Positions 8,223-17,266 of a stretch of 64,000 nucleotides of DNA are shown piece after piece; positions within the stretch are counted from its first letter, which is position 1; each line of letters starts with the position of its first letter. Source of the DNA: an uncultured Faecalibacterium sp. (lineage in GTDB: Bacteria > Bacillota > Clostridia > Oscillospirales > Ruminococcaceae); contig URVW01000003.1 of assembly GCA_900551435.1 (NCBI GenBank), positions 664-64,663 of the forward strand, written 5' to 3'. The notes beneath the pieces are model-generated. The model worked only from the letters and a program-made list of their open reading frames with translations, was not told where the DNA came from and ran no database searches. The position numbers were made by a program, and so were the translations under genes.

Positions 8223-8660
8223 TTATCGTCCCAGCAGCCGTTTGAGGGTGCTGACATACTGCCGGGATATGATCACTTTTTCGCCATTGTCCAGAACCGC
8301 CTCAAAGCGGCCGGAAAGAGAGGGCAGGACATACTCTATTTTCCCGGCATTCAGGACCATGGACTTGCTGCACCGGAACAGCATGGTGCCAACACACAGA
8401 GCTTCAAATTCGTAGAGCTTCTGCTTGCTGGAAAACACCTCTTTCTGGCAGTAGAAAAAAGCACTTCCGTCCACCACTTCAAAATAATAGATGTCGCCAA
8501 GTTTCAGCCGACACAGTTTCCCGTCTGCCATGCCGTTGACGGTGATCTGCCCGGCAGCAATGCTTTGGATCTCCTCCACCCAAGGCTCTTTGGGGTCGTG
8601 GCACCGCAGCAAAACTTCTTCCGCTCGCTCTGGAGCGATCTGTTCCACCGTTATCTTCAT
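8223..8660 (-). CDS. LytTR-family stand-alone regulator
   Basis: IYYFE, FRCSKSMVLN, LDNGEKVIISRQY. Confidence 0.9.
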   Translation of the reverse strand: MKITVEQIAPERAEEVLLRCHDPKEPWVEEIQSIAAGQITVNGMADGKLCRLKLGDIYYFEVVDGSAFFYCQKEVFSSKQKLYEFEALCVGTMLFRCSKSMVLNAGKIEYVLPSLSGRFEAVLDNGEKVIISRQYVSTLKRLLGR

Positions 8661-8684
8661 GTCCTCACTCCTTTCCCTGTAAAG

Positions 8685-8755
8685 AATATAGCACAGAACG
8701 CCCGATCGTTCCATGATGGGTGCGGTAGGTTGTAAAAATCAGGGGGTAAGTTGCA
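8685..8755 (-). promoter_or_regulatory. LytTR direct-repeat boxes and extended -10
   Basis: GGTAGGTTGTA (8724-8734) and GGTAAGTTGCA (8745-8755), 21-nt period; TGnTATATT. Confidence 0.6.
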
Positions 8756-8837
8756 GTAAAACGGCAGATAACACAAGAAACGCTGCCGGATGCTACTCCG
8801 ACAGCGTAATGAGATTGAATGGAAATGCTTTATTCGC

Positions 8838-9722
8838 TCATTTCTGAATCCTCCTGACTGCCCGCAACTCGATATATCCACGCTGTCCGCGTGGTTCCAT
8901 CTGAATACGCGGACTTTCATCATCCCAACGGTAGCCAATGACAGACGGATCATAGCTGTTCATCGCTGCCTGCACAATGCGGATTGCCTCGCAGTAATCT
9001 TCCTCGCGGAAGGGCTGGCCTTGGAACATCAGATATTCTGTTTCCGGCAGATGAATGGTGTCGAAGCCCTCTGGAATCATTCCCATATAATCTGTTTCGA
9101 CCTCTACGCCCTGCACATAAGTGGAGGTGTTCGGTTCTTTGTATTTGGGCGGCAACCACATGGAAACGGGTTCCCCGCAGAGCGACTTCATACTCATGAG
9201 GATGCCCCACACGTCGCAGCTGACTTCATTGCAGTAGGGGAAGTAGTCCTCTGCACACTTGCCACGCTTGATGATGCAAAGTCGTTCCGGCTTGCGGATA
9301 ATCTGTATGAAAATTGGTTGAATGTTGGACACGTCGATATTCTCCTTTCTCAGTTCACGATATTTTGCACCGTAAGGAATGAAGAATGTGAGAGGAATAG
9401 GATATTTCATGTAGTCGCTCGGATTTAACCCAAACTCCCTATAAAATGCTCGCGTGAAGGTGTCGACATTGGCGAAACCAGCATCGTAGGCCGCATCAAT
9501 GACCTTGACCTTACCGCTGCGAAGCTGTTTTGCTGCCTGCGTGAGCCGACATTTGCGAATATACTCGGTTGGGGTCAGACCGAGATAATCCCGGAACAGC
9601 CGATAGGCATACCATGGAGAAAACAGCGATGCCCGCGCAAGATCAGATAAGCTGATTTCCTCCGACTTATTATTTTCTATGAAGTCCTGCATCCGCTGAA
9701 CGGCTAATATCTGTTCCTTCAT
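8838..9722 (-). CDS. AraC-family regulator with C-terminal effector domain
   Basis: AVQRMQDFI...FSPWYAYRLF...FTRAFYREFG. Confidence 0.9.
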   Translation of the reverse strand: MKEQILAVQRMQDFIENNKSEEISLSDLARASLFSPWYAYRLFRDYLGLTPTEYIRKCRLTQAAKQLRSGKVKVIDAAYDAGFANVDTFTRAFYREFGLNPSDYMKYPIPLTFFIPYGAKYRELRKENIDVSNIQPIFIQIIRKPERLCIIKRGKCAEDYFPYCNEVSCDVWGILMSMKSLCGEPVSMWLPPKYKEPNTSTYVQGVEVETDYMGMIPEGFDTIHLPETEYLMFQGQPFREEDYCEAIRIVQAAMNSYDPSVIGYRWDDESPRIQMEPRGQRGYIELRAVRRIQK

Positions 9723-9831
9723 TCTTCTCAGCTCCTTACAGGGAACATTATACCGTGTCAGAAAATTCTCTTCTCGACTTTCTTTGCTATTTTGCACTAT
9801 GCAGTGCTTCAGGGGTAAGCTGTAAAAACGC

Positions 9832-9988
9832 TGCCGGAAGCCACTCGGAGAAAATACGGGTGTTGACATCCTGCAACGCATTCGGCATCGCACCTACACA
9901 AGGAAACACTGCCCATGTAAAAGCAGGAATCGTCCAAAGCAGATAACTGTTCCAAAATGAAATGAAGATACTCTTTACTGGAAGCCAT
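9832..9988 (-). pseudogene. Fused fragments: TfoX-like N-terminus plus GyrI-like internal piece
   Basis: MASSKEYLHFILEQLSALDD, then (other frame) TWAVFPCVGAMPNALQDVNTRIFSEWLP. Confidence 0.6.
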
Positions 9989-10091
9989 TATTTTACACCA
10001 CCTCGCATTGATTCATCTGCAACGTCAGAACACGACCTTTTCATGTTTACCTGTCTCCTGTACAATGGTACTCATCCATCGTCTGGCTTTC

Positions 10092-10155
10092 AAAAAATAA
10101 GACGCAGCACCAACCACAATGATCTTGTGGTCAGCACTGCGTCTTTGCGTCTGGC
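10092..10155 (-). repeat. KTR-end motif plus hairpin, copy 3 (within an intact KTR gene end)
   Basis: GCCAGACGCAAAGACGCAGTGC...GTGCTGCGTCTTATTTTTT. Confidence 0.85.
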
Positions 10156-10325
10156 TGAGGTTTTATTTTTATAACGTGATAGTTTTGCGCATTGATAATG
10201 CTTTCCTGCCTGCACTTGGGACAGAACAGCGGAAAGTTACGCAATACCGTGTCCGGGAGCAAGCGTGCGCGTGTCTTTGCTCCGCAAATAGGGCATAGTA
10301 TCCATTTTTCATCGGATGGTTTCAT
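10131..10325 (-). CDS. Cys-rich KTR domain protein
   Basis: WILCPICGAKTR...FPLFCPKC...PDAKTQC. Confidence 0.88.
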   Translation of the reverse strand: MKPSDEKWILCPICGAKTRARLLPDTVLRNFPLFCPKCRQESIINAQNYHVIKIKPQPDAKTQC

Positions 10326-10951
10326 TTTTCACCTCGTTCCATGTTAAAGGTACGGAAGAACAGCTTTACATGGGCGTCCAGCTTTGCAAGGCTGTCGGCT
10401 TCCCGCTCCGGCTGACGGTCGCAGACACTGAGCAGGGTGATGACCGGGGAAACGTACATCCATGCCAATGTATCCGGGTCCTCATTCCGAATTTCGCCGC
10501 CTGCAATCAGGGAGCGGAAAATTCCTGCATGGTAAGCGATCATACGGTCCACATAGCGTTCTGAGAACAGTGCTGCAAGCTCTGGGGAGCGAAACTGCTC
10601 CAGCGTCATCATCCGGCGAAACTGGCTGACGGTTTTATCGTGCAGGGAATAAAGGAAAATCTGCCGTACTTTCTCTACCAACAATTCTTCCGAGATGTGA
10701 GAGAACACCGGAATATCCTTTTGGGAATCCTGTACATGGACTGAAATCTCAGCGGTGTCTTTTTGGTAGTGCGCTGAAGTTGTTTCCAAAATCGCATCAA
10801 AAATCGCCTGTTTACTGGGGAAGTGGTTGTACAGCGAGGGTGCCTTGATGCCGACCGCTTTTGCAATCTCGCCCACACTGACGGCATCGTATCCTTTGGT
10901 CGAAAACAGTTCCAGAGACTTTTCCAGAATGCGCTGCTTGGTATCTTCCAT
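10322..10951 (-). CDS. TetR/AcrR regulator
   Basis: LELFSTKGY...IAKAVGIKAPSLYNHFPSK. Confidence 0.93.
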   Translation of the reverse strand: MEDTKQRILEKSLELFSTKGYDAVSVGEIAKAVGIKAPSLYNHFPSKQAIFDAILETTSAHYQKDTAEISVHVQDSQKDIPVFSHISEELLVEKVRQIFLYSLHDKTVSQFRRMMTLEQFRSPELAALFSERYVDRMIAYHAGIFRSLIAGGEIRNEDPDTLAWMYVSPVITLLSVCDRQPEREADSLAKLDAHVKLFFRTFNMERGEK

Positions 10952-10966
10952 TTTTCTTTGCCTTTC

Positions 10967-11018
10967 GCTAACTAATGTTTGTTAGCTTTACTATAATCAA
11001 AAAAGTTCCCATTGTCAA
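10967..11018 (-). promoter_or_regulatory. Sigma70 promoter with palindromic operator upstream of tetR
   Basis: TTGACA-17-TATAGT then GCTAACAAACATTAGTTAGC. Confidence 0.7.
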
Positions 11019-11120
11019 GAGTTTTTTAAGACAATGGAAACAAAATCGTTACCGCAGACCAGCAGCGTCCATGATTGCTTCAATGCTTTCCACAGGCTGA
11101 TTTCCCCAGTTATGTTCAGT

Positions 11121-11474
11121 TTAACCGTGATAGTCTCCCGTAGCAGAATCTACGCAAACATAGGGCACGGTTTTTCCATCCATTTTGACGTAAACCTGAT
11201 AGATACCATCCCCCAGATCTTCATAGTATTCCGGGGTGACATTGTAATTTTCCCAAAGGCTTTTTTCAAAATCGGCTTTCCAGCTTTCATCAGAAGGAGC
11301 TGAACTTCCTGCCAGATCATCCGATTCGGCAGAGGATGCCTGCTCCTGCGCCATGCTGCTTGCCGGAGCAGTTGTTTCGGAAGAACTCGTTGTCCGGCTG
11401 CAAGAGGAAAAAACGAGTGGTGCAGCAAGGGCGATGCAGATCACCGGGATTGCTTTTTTCAAGATAAGATCCAT
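11121..11474 (-). CDS. Putative lipoprotein with Ser-rich linker
   Basis: AGGAGG RBS; lipobox-like FSSC; C-terminus VCVDSATGDYHG. Confidence 0.7.
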   Translation of the reverse strand: MDLILKKAIPVICIALAAPLVFSSCSRTTSSSETTAPASSMAQEQASSAESDDLAGSSAPSDESWKADFEKSLWENYNVTPEYYEDLGDGIYQVYVKMDGKTVPYVCVDSATGDYHG

Positions 11475-11579
11475 AATTGATAACCTCCTTGGATAAAAGA
11501 CGTAAGAGATATGATTTGAACCGCAACAGGCAGATTCCAACAACGATCATAGAAGCACCGAGCTGTGTTCGCCGCATAA

Positions 11580-11920
11580 TCAGTAGCCTCCATCAAAAGA
11601 CTTTTTGTAAACAGGCAGAACTTTTTTCCAGAATACGATGCCATTTGCAAGCAAAATGGCTCCAAAGCCCGCCCTTGCCATCCATTCCGGGCAAAGAAGC
11701 CGGATACCGTTCATGTCGCCGCCGCCAAAGAAGCAGTACAGAACGCTAAGATACAGTGGGTCCAGCACTAAAAATGCGATGGTAATGTAATAAAATATGG
11801 CACGGAAAACTTTACTGGAACTGGTGCAAATTTTTGCAGTAAGTGCGCACCTTCATGTACAAGGTAGTAGGCGGCAATCGCAGCCAGAATGCCAAGGTAT
11901 TGTCGTGTTCGCTTTGTCAT
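11580..11920 (-). pseudogene. Membrane HExxH protein with apparent internal deletion/frameshift
   Basis: YYLVHEGAHLL joins out of frame to KVFRAIFYYITIAFLVLDPLYLS...GGGDMNGI. Confidence 0.6.
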
Positions 11921-11939
11921 AGAAATACTCCTTACTTTA

Positions 11940-12557
11940 CTATTTGACAAGATTTGTGTGTGGACCGCAGAAAAGCAAGATACCTTTCAGTATCAGCAAC
12001 AAAAATGCAACGGCTGTTGCATAGCTTATTCTGGCGGCGGTCAGAAACAGAATGGATAAAATGCTGAGTATAATGGAAGGAACGGTTAAAAAGCCCTGCT
12101 CCTTTTTCCGTCCAAGGCAAGTCAGCAGTGTCTTGACGACACCTGTCAGGATCAGAGCCAAAAACAGCAGCATACAAATGGAACGATGGATCCGATTGGT
12201 ATAGGAAAGCAGATTTACAGCATAAACGGTTTGTCCGACAGCATTCGGATAAAGCGGCAGGAAAATCAATCCTGCCGAGCATACATCTATGATTCCATTC
12301 CATAAATGGACTTGATTTTGCTGGCGGATTTTATGTTCCTGCTCTGCAATGGACAGAGCTTTTTCAGCGGACAATAAATCATCAATGGAAACCGAGAAAA
12401 ACGCAGCGATTTGCTTCAGGGATTCGATGCTGGGAGTTCCTCTGCCAGATTCCCACTTTGAGATTGCAGTCCGTGAAACATAAAGTACTTCTGCAAGTTC
12501 TTCCTGCGTCATGCCTTTGCTTTTTCGCAGTTCCTGCAATTTTTCATTCAGCTCCAT
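11940..12557 (-). CDS. XRE-family HTH regulator with TM segments
   Basis: MTQEELAEVLYVSRTAISKWESG. Confidence 0.9.
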   Translation of the reverse strand: MELNEKLQELRKSKGMTQEELAEVLYVSRTAISKWESGRGTPSIESLKQIAAFFSVSIDDLLSAEKALSIAEQEHKIRQQNQVHLWNGIIDVCSAGLIFLPLYPNAVGQTVYAVNLLSYTNRIHRSICMLLFLALILTGVVKTLLTCLGRKKEQGFLTVPSIILSILSILFLTAARISYATAVAFLLLILKGILLFCGPHTNLVK

Positions 12558-12563
12558 TCGAGG

Positions 12564-13220
12564 TTACTCCTTACACAACAAGTTGACATAGGCTTTGTAA
12601 ATTTGAAACATCCCACTGCTTAACAGAACGGCTCCCATAATATCGGTCAGCCAATGGACACCAGAAACCAGCCGCCCAATGACCATAAAAGCAGAAAACA
12701 GGACGGAAAAAATGAGAATGGTCTGCCGGAGCGCATTTGAGGTAAGCCGCCGCTGTGCCTGAAAATACAATGTCGGCATCACGCTCAGAACCAACAGCGT
12801 GGTCGAGGACGGATAGGACGCTTCCAGAAAGCCCTCGATTAGAACAGGACGGTAGTTGATTGGCACCATTTCAAACAGCAGATAGCCAAAAATCACCAGC
12901 ACATAATAAGCACCCAGCATGATAATATCCAAATCGACTTTGAACAGGCTCTTGCGCTGCACTAACTGGACAAAGCCTGCACCTGCAAAAATCAGGCAAA
13001 CACAGATGGACACCAGCCCGAGCCAGTCGGTCAAGGTATAGAGCATCCAATGTATACCGGTCAGTTGGTGGAACCAACCGTTTAATGTAGCAAAGCCGAC
13101 AGAACTTCCATTCGGGCCAATCGGTTGCACATCAACCTCTTGAATGAGAAATGTCCATACGGCAAACCCCACAAGAAGTAAAATTCCGGCAAGTACGTTT
13201 TGATTCTTTTTCATGTTCAA
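12564..13220 (-). CDS. PAP2-family phosphatase
   Basis: RP, SYPSS, RLVSGVHWLTDI. Confidence 0.88.
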   Translation of the reverse strand: MNMKKNQNVLAGILLLVGFAVWTFLIQEVDVQPIGPNGSSVGFATLNGWFHQLTGIHWMLYTLTDWLGLVSICVCLIFAGAGFVQLVQRKSLFKVDLDIIMLGAYYVLVIFGYLLFEMVPINYRPVLIEGFLEASYPSSTTLLVLSVMPTLYFQAQRRLTSNALRQTILIFSVLFSAFMVIGRLVSGVHWLTDIMGAVLLSSGMFQIYKAYVNLLCKE

Positions 13221-13325
13221 GTTCCTTTCGTTGGTTGATATTAAGGCGTTTCGCCTGCATCCACCATAGCAAAAGAAACTGTGTCACGAAAGAATCAGTT
13301 CATCACAATAGCGATACGTTTCGTG

Positions 13326-13544
13326 TCAATCACGCAAATCCGATGTTTTTTGAAAGTTTACTGTCTGCTTTTTCATGGATATTTTGCCCACCCGATACCC
13401 ATAAGCCAACAGTTCTTTTTTATAGGTCAAAAACGAGTGGTCGATGGGAAAGCCAAGAATCTGCTGAATTTCCGCAAAGGTCAGCGTAAGGTTCTTTGCA
13501 GGTTGCTTTCCGACCCATTCCCATAATGGTTCATACTTGCTCAT
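13326..13544 (-). CDS. Small hypothetical protein (72 aa)
   Basis: MSKYEPLW...LTFAEIQQILGFPIDHSFL; AGGAG RBS after the motif hairpin. Confidence 0.75.
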   Translation of the reverse strand: MSKYEPLWEWVGKQPAKNLTLTFAEIQQILGFPIDHSFLTYKKELLAYGYRVGKISMKKQTVNFQKTSDLRD

Positions 13545-13563
13545 GATCTTTCTCCTATAAAAC

Positions 13564-13619
13564 AAAAGACGCAACACAAAACCGATTCTTTCGGCTTGCA
13601 CTGCGTCTAAGCGTCTGGC
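13564..13619 (-). repeat. KTR-end motif plus hairpin, copy 4
   Basis: GCCAGACGCTTAGACGCAGTGC...GTGTTGCGTCTTTT. Confidence 0.85.
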
Positions 13620-13702
13620 ATTATGATAAGATAAAGATTTCAGGCTGTCAATAGAAAGCATCGTATGATGCAGAATTCCGGCGGTAAGATGCAAAGGAAC
13701 TC

Positions 13703-13750
13703 TTGACAACCAGCATTGCAACGACTATAGTATAGCTAACGAGCGTTAGT
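13703..13750 (+). promoter_or_regulatory. Sigma70 promoter with TetR-like operator
   Basis: TTGACA-17-TATAGT then GCTAACGAGCGTTAGT. Confidence 0.7.
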
Positions 13751-13843
13751 TTGTCAAATGCTATTTTCCAAAGGAGATCTCTATGAACGTGATGCAGCGT
13801 GAGCATGGGTAGAAAACACGTCCTATCAAAAAAGAACATTTCA

Positions 13844-13899
13844 GACAGACGCAAGACGCAGTGCTGACCGAAAAATGGTTTTGCACTGCGTCTTTTTTT
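13844..13899 (+). repeat. KTR-end motif plus hairpin, copy 5 (inverted, 1-nt deletion)
   Basis: GACAGACGCAAGACGCAGTGC...GCACTGCGTCTTTTTTT. Confidence 0.8.
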
Positions 13900-13921
13900 A
13901 TTTACTATGGAGGAAAACAAA

Positions 13922-14833
13922 ATGAAACAACACTCTCGATACCAGACAGCCCGCCACCTATTGATTTTCTGGACGCTCTTTGTAGCCATCGGCGCAGTAG
14001 GCGGTGCCCTTGGGATGCTGCTGGACCCCAGCGGAAAGCTGATGGGAATGGACACCATGCTCCCTTATTTTCAGGTGTTGCCCTTTGCAGAGATCGTCTT
14101 TCAGGATTTTACCTTTTCCGGCTGCGCACTGCTGATTGTAAACGGTCTCACGAACCTGACCGCCGCCGGGCTGCTGCTTGCGAAGAAGAAGTCTGGCGTT
14201 ATTTTGGGCGGCATCTTCGGGGTGACGCTCATGTTGTGGATCTGCATCCAGTTTTATATGTTCCCGCTGAATTTCATGTCTACGGCGTTTTTTGTGATCG
14301 GTTTCTGTCAGGCTGCAACTGGGTATGCCGCATGGGTATTTGATCGGCAGGAGCAATTTGCAGTTTGGGAAGGTGATTATCCCAATATCGGAACGAACCC
14401 CAAACGGCTGGTGGTCTATTTTTCACGGATGGGCTATGTAAAAAAGCAGGCGATGGAAGAAGCAAATCAGACCGGTGCCGCTCTCTATGAAGTTCGCTCC
14501 ACGGAGCGCACAGAGGGAACTCTGGGCTTCTGGTGGTGCGGACGCTATGGGATGCACCGCTGGGCAATGCCCATTGAACCTGTGAGCGTTGACCTGACGC
14601 AGTATGACCACGTGACGATCTGTTCTCCCATTTGGGTCTTTGCACTGGCTGCTCCTGTACGCAGCTTCTGCCAACAGGCATCCGGGAAGATCAGGGAAGT
14701 GGACTACATTTTGGTACATCACCAGAACAGCCGCTATGAGAATGCTGCACAGGAGATGGATGCACTGCTAGGGATAAACCATACGCAGCTTCGCAGCATT
14801 CGGTGCAGGGAGGGTATTTTCCGCTGGGTCTGA
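13922..14833 (+). CDS. Membrane protein fused to a flavodoxin-like domain
   Basis: Four TMs then LVVYFSRMGY...YDHVTICSPIW. Confidence 0.8.
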   Translation: MKQHSRYQTARHLLIFWTLFVAIGAVGGALGMLLDPSGKLMGMDTMLPYFQVLPFAEIVFQDFTFSGCALLIVNGLTNLTAAGLLLAKKKSGVILGGIFGVTLMLWICIQFYMFPLNFMSTAFFVIGFCQAATGYAAWVFDRQEQFAVWEGDYPNIGTNPKRLVVYFSRMGYVKKQAMEEANQTGAALYEVRSTERTEGTLGFWWCGRYGMHRWAMPIEPVSVDLTQYDHVTICSPIWVFALAAPVRSFCQQASGKIREVDYILVHHQNSRYENAAQEMDALLGINHTQLRSIRCREGIFRWV

Positions 14834-15277
14834 TCATTCGCCGGATCCCATGTGCCGCATACGTTCCATCAGACGCAGATGTTCCAGAAAACTTTTCTCT
14901 TTGAGGATGGCGATGCCTTGCTCCTCGTCCCCAAGGATCAGCAGATTATCTCCCGGTTGTATGTCAAATATCTTCCGTGCATTTGCAGGGATGACGATCT
15001 GCCCTTTATCTCCCACTTTCACCATGCCGAAAACGTGTTTTCCTTTGGGTGGCACTTCCAGCCCTAAGTTTTCCCGGTCGGTTTTCTCGTAGTTCACGAG
15101 GTCATCCATGGAAACGCCGAAAACATCTGCCAGCCGCTTGCACCGTTCGATGTCCGGCAGAGATTCTCCGGTCTCGTATTTTGATAAGGTCTGGCGGGTC
15201 ACTCCGATTTTTTCCGCCAGTTCGTCCTGTGAGTAACCGTGGATCTTACGAAGCGAGATCAAATTGTCCTTAAACAC
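14834..15277 (-). CDS. XRE HTH plus AbrB/SpoVT-domain regulator
   Basis: SQDELAEKIGVTRQTLSKYETG; VGDKGQIVIP; GTG start with RBS. Confidence 0.88.
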   Translation of the reverse strand: MFKDNLISLRKIHGYSQDELAEKIGVTRQTLSKYETGESLPDIERCKRLADVFGVSMDDLVNYEKTDRENLGLEVPPKGKHVFGMVKVGDKGQIVIPANARKIFDIQPGDNLLILGDEEQGIAILKEKSFLEHLRLMERMRHMGSGE

Positions 15278-16355
15278 GTTTTTTCTCCTTTCTGATACCA
15301 AGGACGCACCAACGCAGGATCGGGATTCGGCTGATGAGTTCATTCAGCAGAAACGCGCCCACAAAGGCACCGATGCCCACGAGCAGATAGACCAGCACTT
15401 CCGGCGTGTCCGGGGCTTGTTCGTGCAGTTCATACGAGATCACAGCAATGGGCAGATAATGAAAAATGTACAAGCCCCATGATTTCTTTGCCATCCAGTG
15501 TGTGAATGCGGTTGAGATGTCGGCATAATTTCTCATCGTTGTAAGGATTCCAAGAATGGCAAACCAGCAATAGACGCAGGCGTGGATGTTGTTCAGAACC
15601 GGTGCAATAGCGTAATTTTCACCAAAATAGCGCACGGTGTACGAGATGCCAAGCACAGCCGAGGCCAAGTCAAACATCCACCACCACTTACACAGCCGTT
15701 CCATTACTTCCTCGTGGGAAAACAGAAAATAGCCTGCAAAGAAGCAGAATCCATAAATACCGAACCGATAAACGGTGACGACCGGGGTGTTCAGCACCTG
15801 TGCCGAACCATAAACAATGATCGTCAGCATCAGAATGCTCCAGACCGGTGCTTTGGAACAGAAGTTCCAGACCCGGTCTTTTTCAATTTTCCGAACCACC
15901 AGCAAAAGCATGGAGAACAGCCAGAGCATCTGGATGTACCACAGAGGTCCTACACCGGACAGCACGGTGATCAGATATACTATAGGCATCGGAAGGCCCG
16001 CAATGTTCAGTCCGCCGCCAATTTTCAGGTTATAGATACCAAGAAGCCACTGGAACACGAACAAGCTGATCGTGGACGGAACCAGCAGCTTGCGGGTTTT
16101 ATCTTTCAGAAATTGTTTTGTGGTGTGGCTTTGCAGACAGTACCGTGCGCTCATTCCCGACACAACAAACAGCAATGCCATGAACCAAGGGTAGACCAGA
16201 TATTGAAAGCAATCCTGTAACTGATGCTCCCGGAAGGGGCCGATCACTCCAAAAGGCTGCACGCCATTGAACATGTAGACCACATGGTAGATCACCACCA
16301 AAACCACCGTCATCCAGCGAATATTATCCAGATACAGCTTTCTTGCAGGGTTCAT
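15270..16355 (-). CDS. Acyltransferase-3 family membrane protein
   Basis: YLDNIR...H, FMALLFVVSG, LWY, YIFH. Confidence 0.88.
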   Translation of the reverse strand: MNPARKLYLDNIRWMTVVLVVIYHVVYMFNGVQPFGVIGPFREHQLQDCFQYLVYPWFMALLFVVSGMSARYCLQSHTTKQFLKDKTRKLLVPSTISLFVFQWLLGIYNLKIGGGLNIAGLPMPIVYLITVLSGVGPLWYIQMLWLFSMLLLVVRKIEKDRVWNFCSKAPVWSILMLTIIVYGSAQVLNTPVVTVYRFGIYGFCFFAGYFLFSHEEVMERLCKWWWMFDLASAVLGISYTVRYFGENYAIAPVLNNIHACVYCWFAILGILTTMRNYADISTAFTHWMAKKSWGLYIFHYLPIAVISYELHEQAPDTPEVLVYLLVGIGAFVGAFLLNELISRIPILRWCVLGIRKEKKRV

Positions 16356-16518
16356 GATATTCCTACCTTTGCAATGATTTTTAACACAGTATAGCACAAA
16401 GTCTTTTTCTTTGCGACCAACTTTCCTTGGCAAAACCATTCGGTTCCTGTTAAGATTCGTTGCGGTTCATCTGAATTTGCAAACAAAACGAAAGGCTTCG
16501 CCGTAAACGGAACACAGC

Positions 16519-16875
16519 TTACGCAAGCAGTTTCTTAGAGTGAATGTTTTTGAACACGCGCTCTAATTCCAGGTCAATCAGATCTGGCGGGTAGAACATC
16601 GTGTCGCCCTTGCTGATTTGTTCCTTGCGGATGTGTCCTGCAAAGGGGTACACATCTTCAAAAAGGAAACGGTGAATCCGAAACAGGTGAGTTTTGGTAA
16701 AACGTCCCTTGATTGACTCCTGCAACAGAGCCATCTGTTTTACTGCCGTAAATTCTTCTTCGGTCTGTTTGAGTTCGGCTTTATCACGGATGTCCAGCTT
16801 GTTGATCAGAACATCCGTATCGGGGTAGCAATACATGGACTGCACCGTGGTGTAGACATCATACTTCGAGAACAT
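16519..16875 (-). pseudogene. Fic/VbhT-like toxin, truncated before the catalytic motif
   Basis: YCYPDTDVLINKL...IHRFLFEDVYPFAGHIR...ISKG; no HPFxxGNGR. Confidence 0.8.
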
Positions 16876-16877
16876 AA

Positions 16878-17066
16878 TCAGCCCTTCTTCGCATACTTTG
16901 CACGCAATTCATTCACGACCTGTTGATAGCTGGCCTGACCGCTGCCAATGCGGTCAAGGTTGCTGCGCGTATCTTTGCTGATGGTCATGCCTTCAATGGC
17001 AAAGGTGCCGTACACATTGCGGAGGTTGTTCTTGTGCTGGGCAGGGGTAGTGTATTTGACACTCAT
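16878..17066 (-). CDS. VbhA-like antitoxin, copy 2
   Basis: Near-identical to copy 1; 2 nt upstream of the fic fragment. Confidence 0.8.
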   Translation of the reverse strand: MSVKYTTPAQHKNNLRNVYGTFAIEGMTISKDTRSNLDRIGSGQASYQQVVNELRAKYAKKG

Positions 17067-17266
17067 GGTTGGGCCTCCTTTTAATCTACATGATACTATA
17101 TAAAGTTTATCGTGTATGCGTTCTCTTTTCAATCTATAACTTGTTGTCAAACATAAAAAGCGAATCTTCCAGTCGTTGAGAGTAGAAACTGCGCTTTTAC
17201 GGTACATCGTGTTTTATTGTGAATCGGGATGCGATATATCTGCCCCCCAAGTGAGCTACATCTCAA

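Noticed and set aside
5089..13899. CRISPR interpretation of the recurring 22-nt motif
   Set aside because: Spacing is kilobases and irregular, one copy is inverted, and there are no cas genes.
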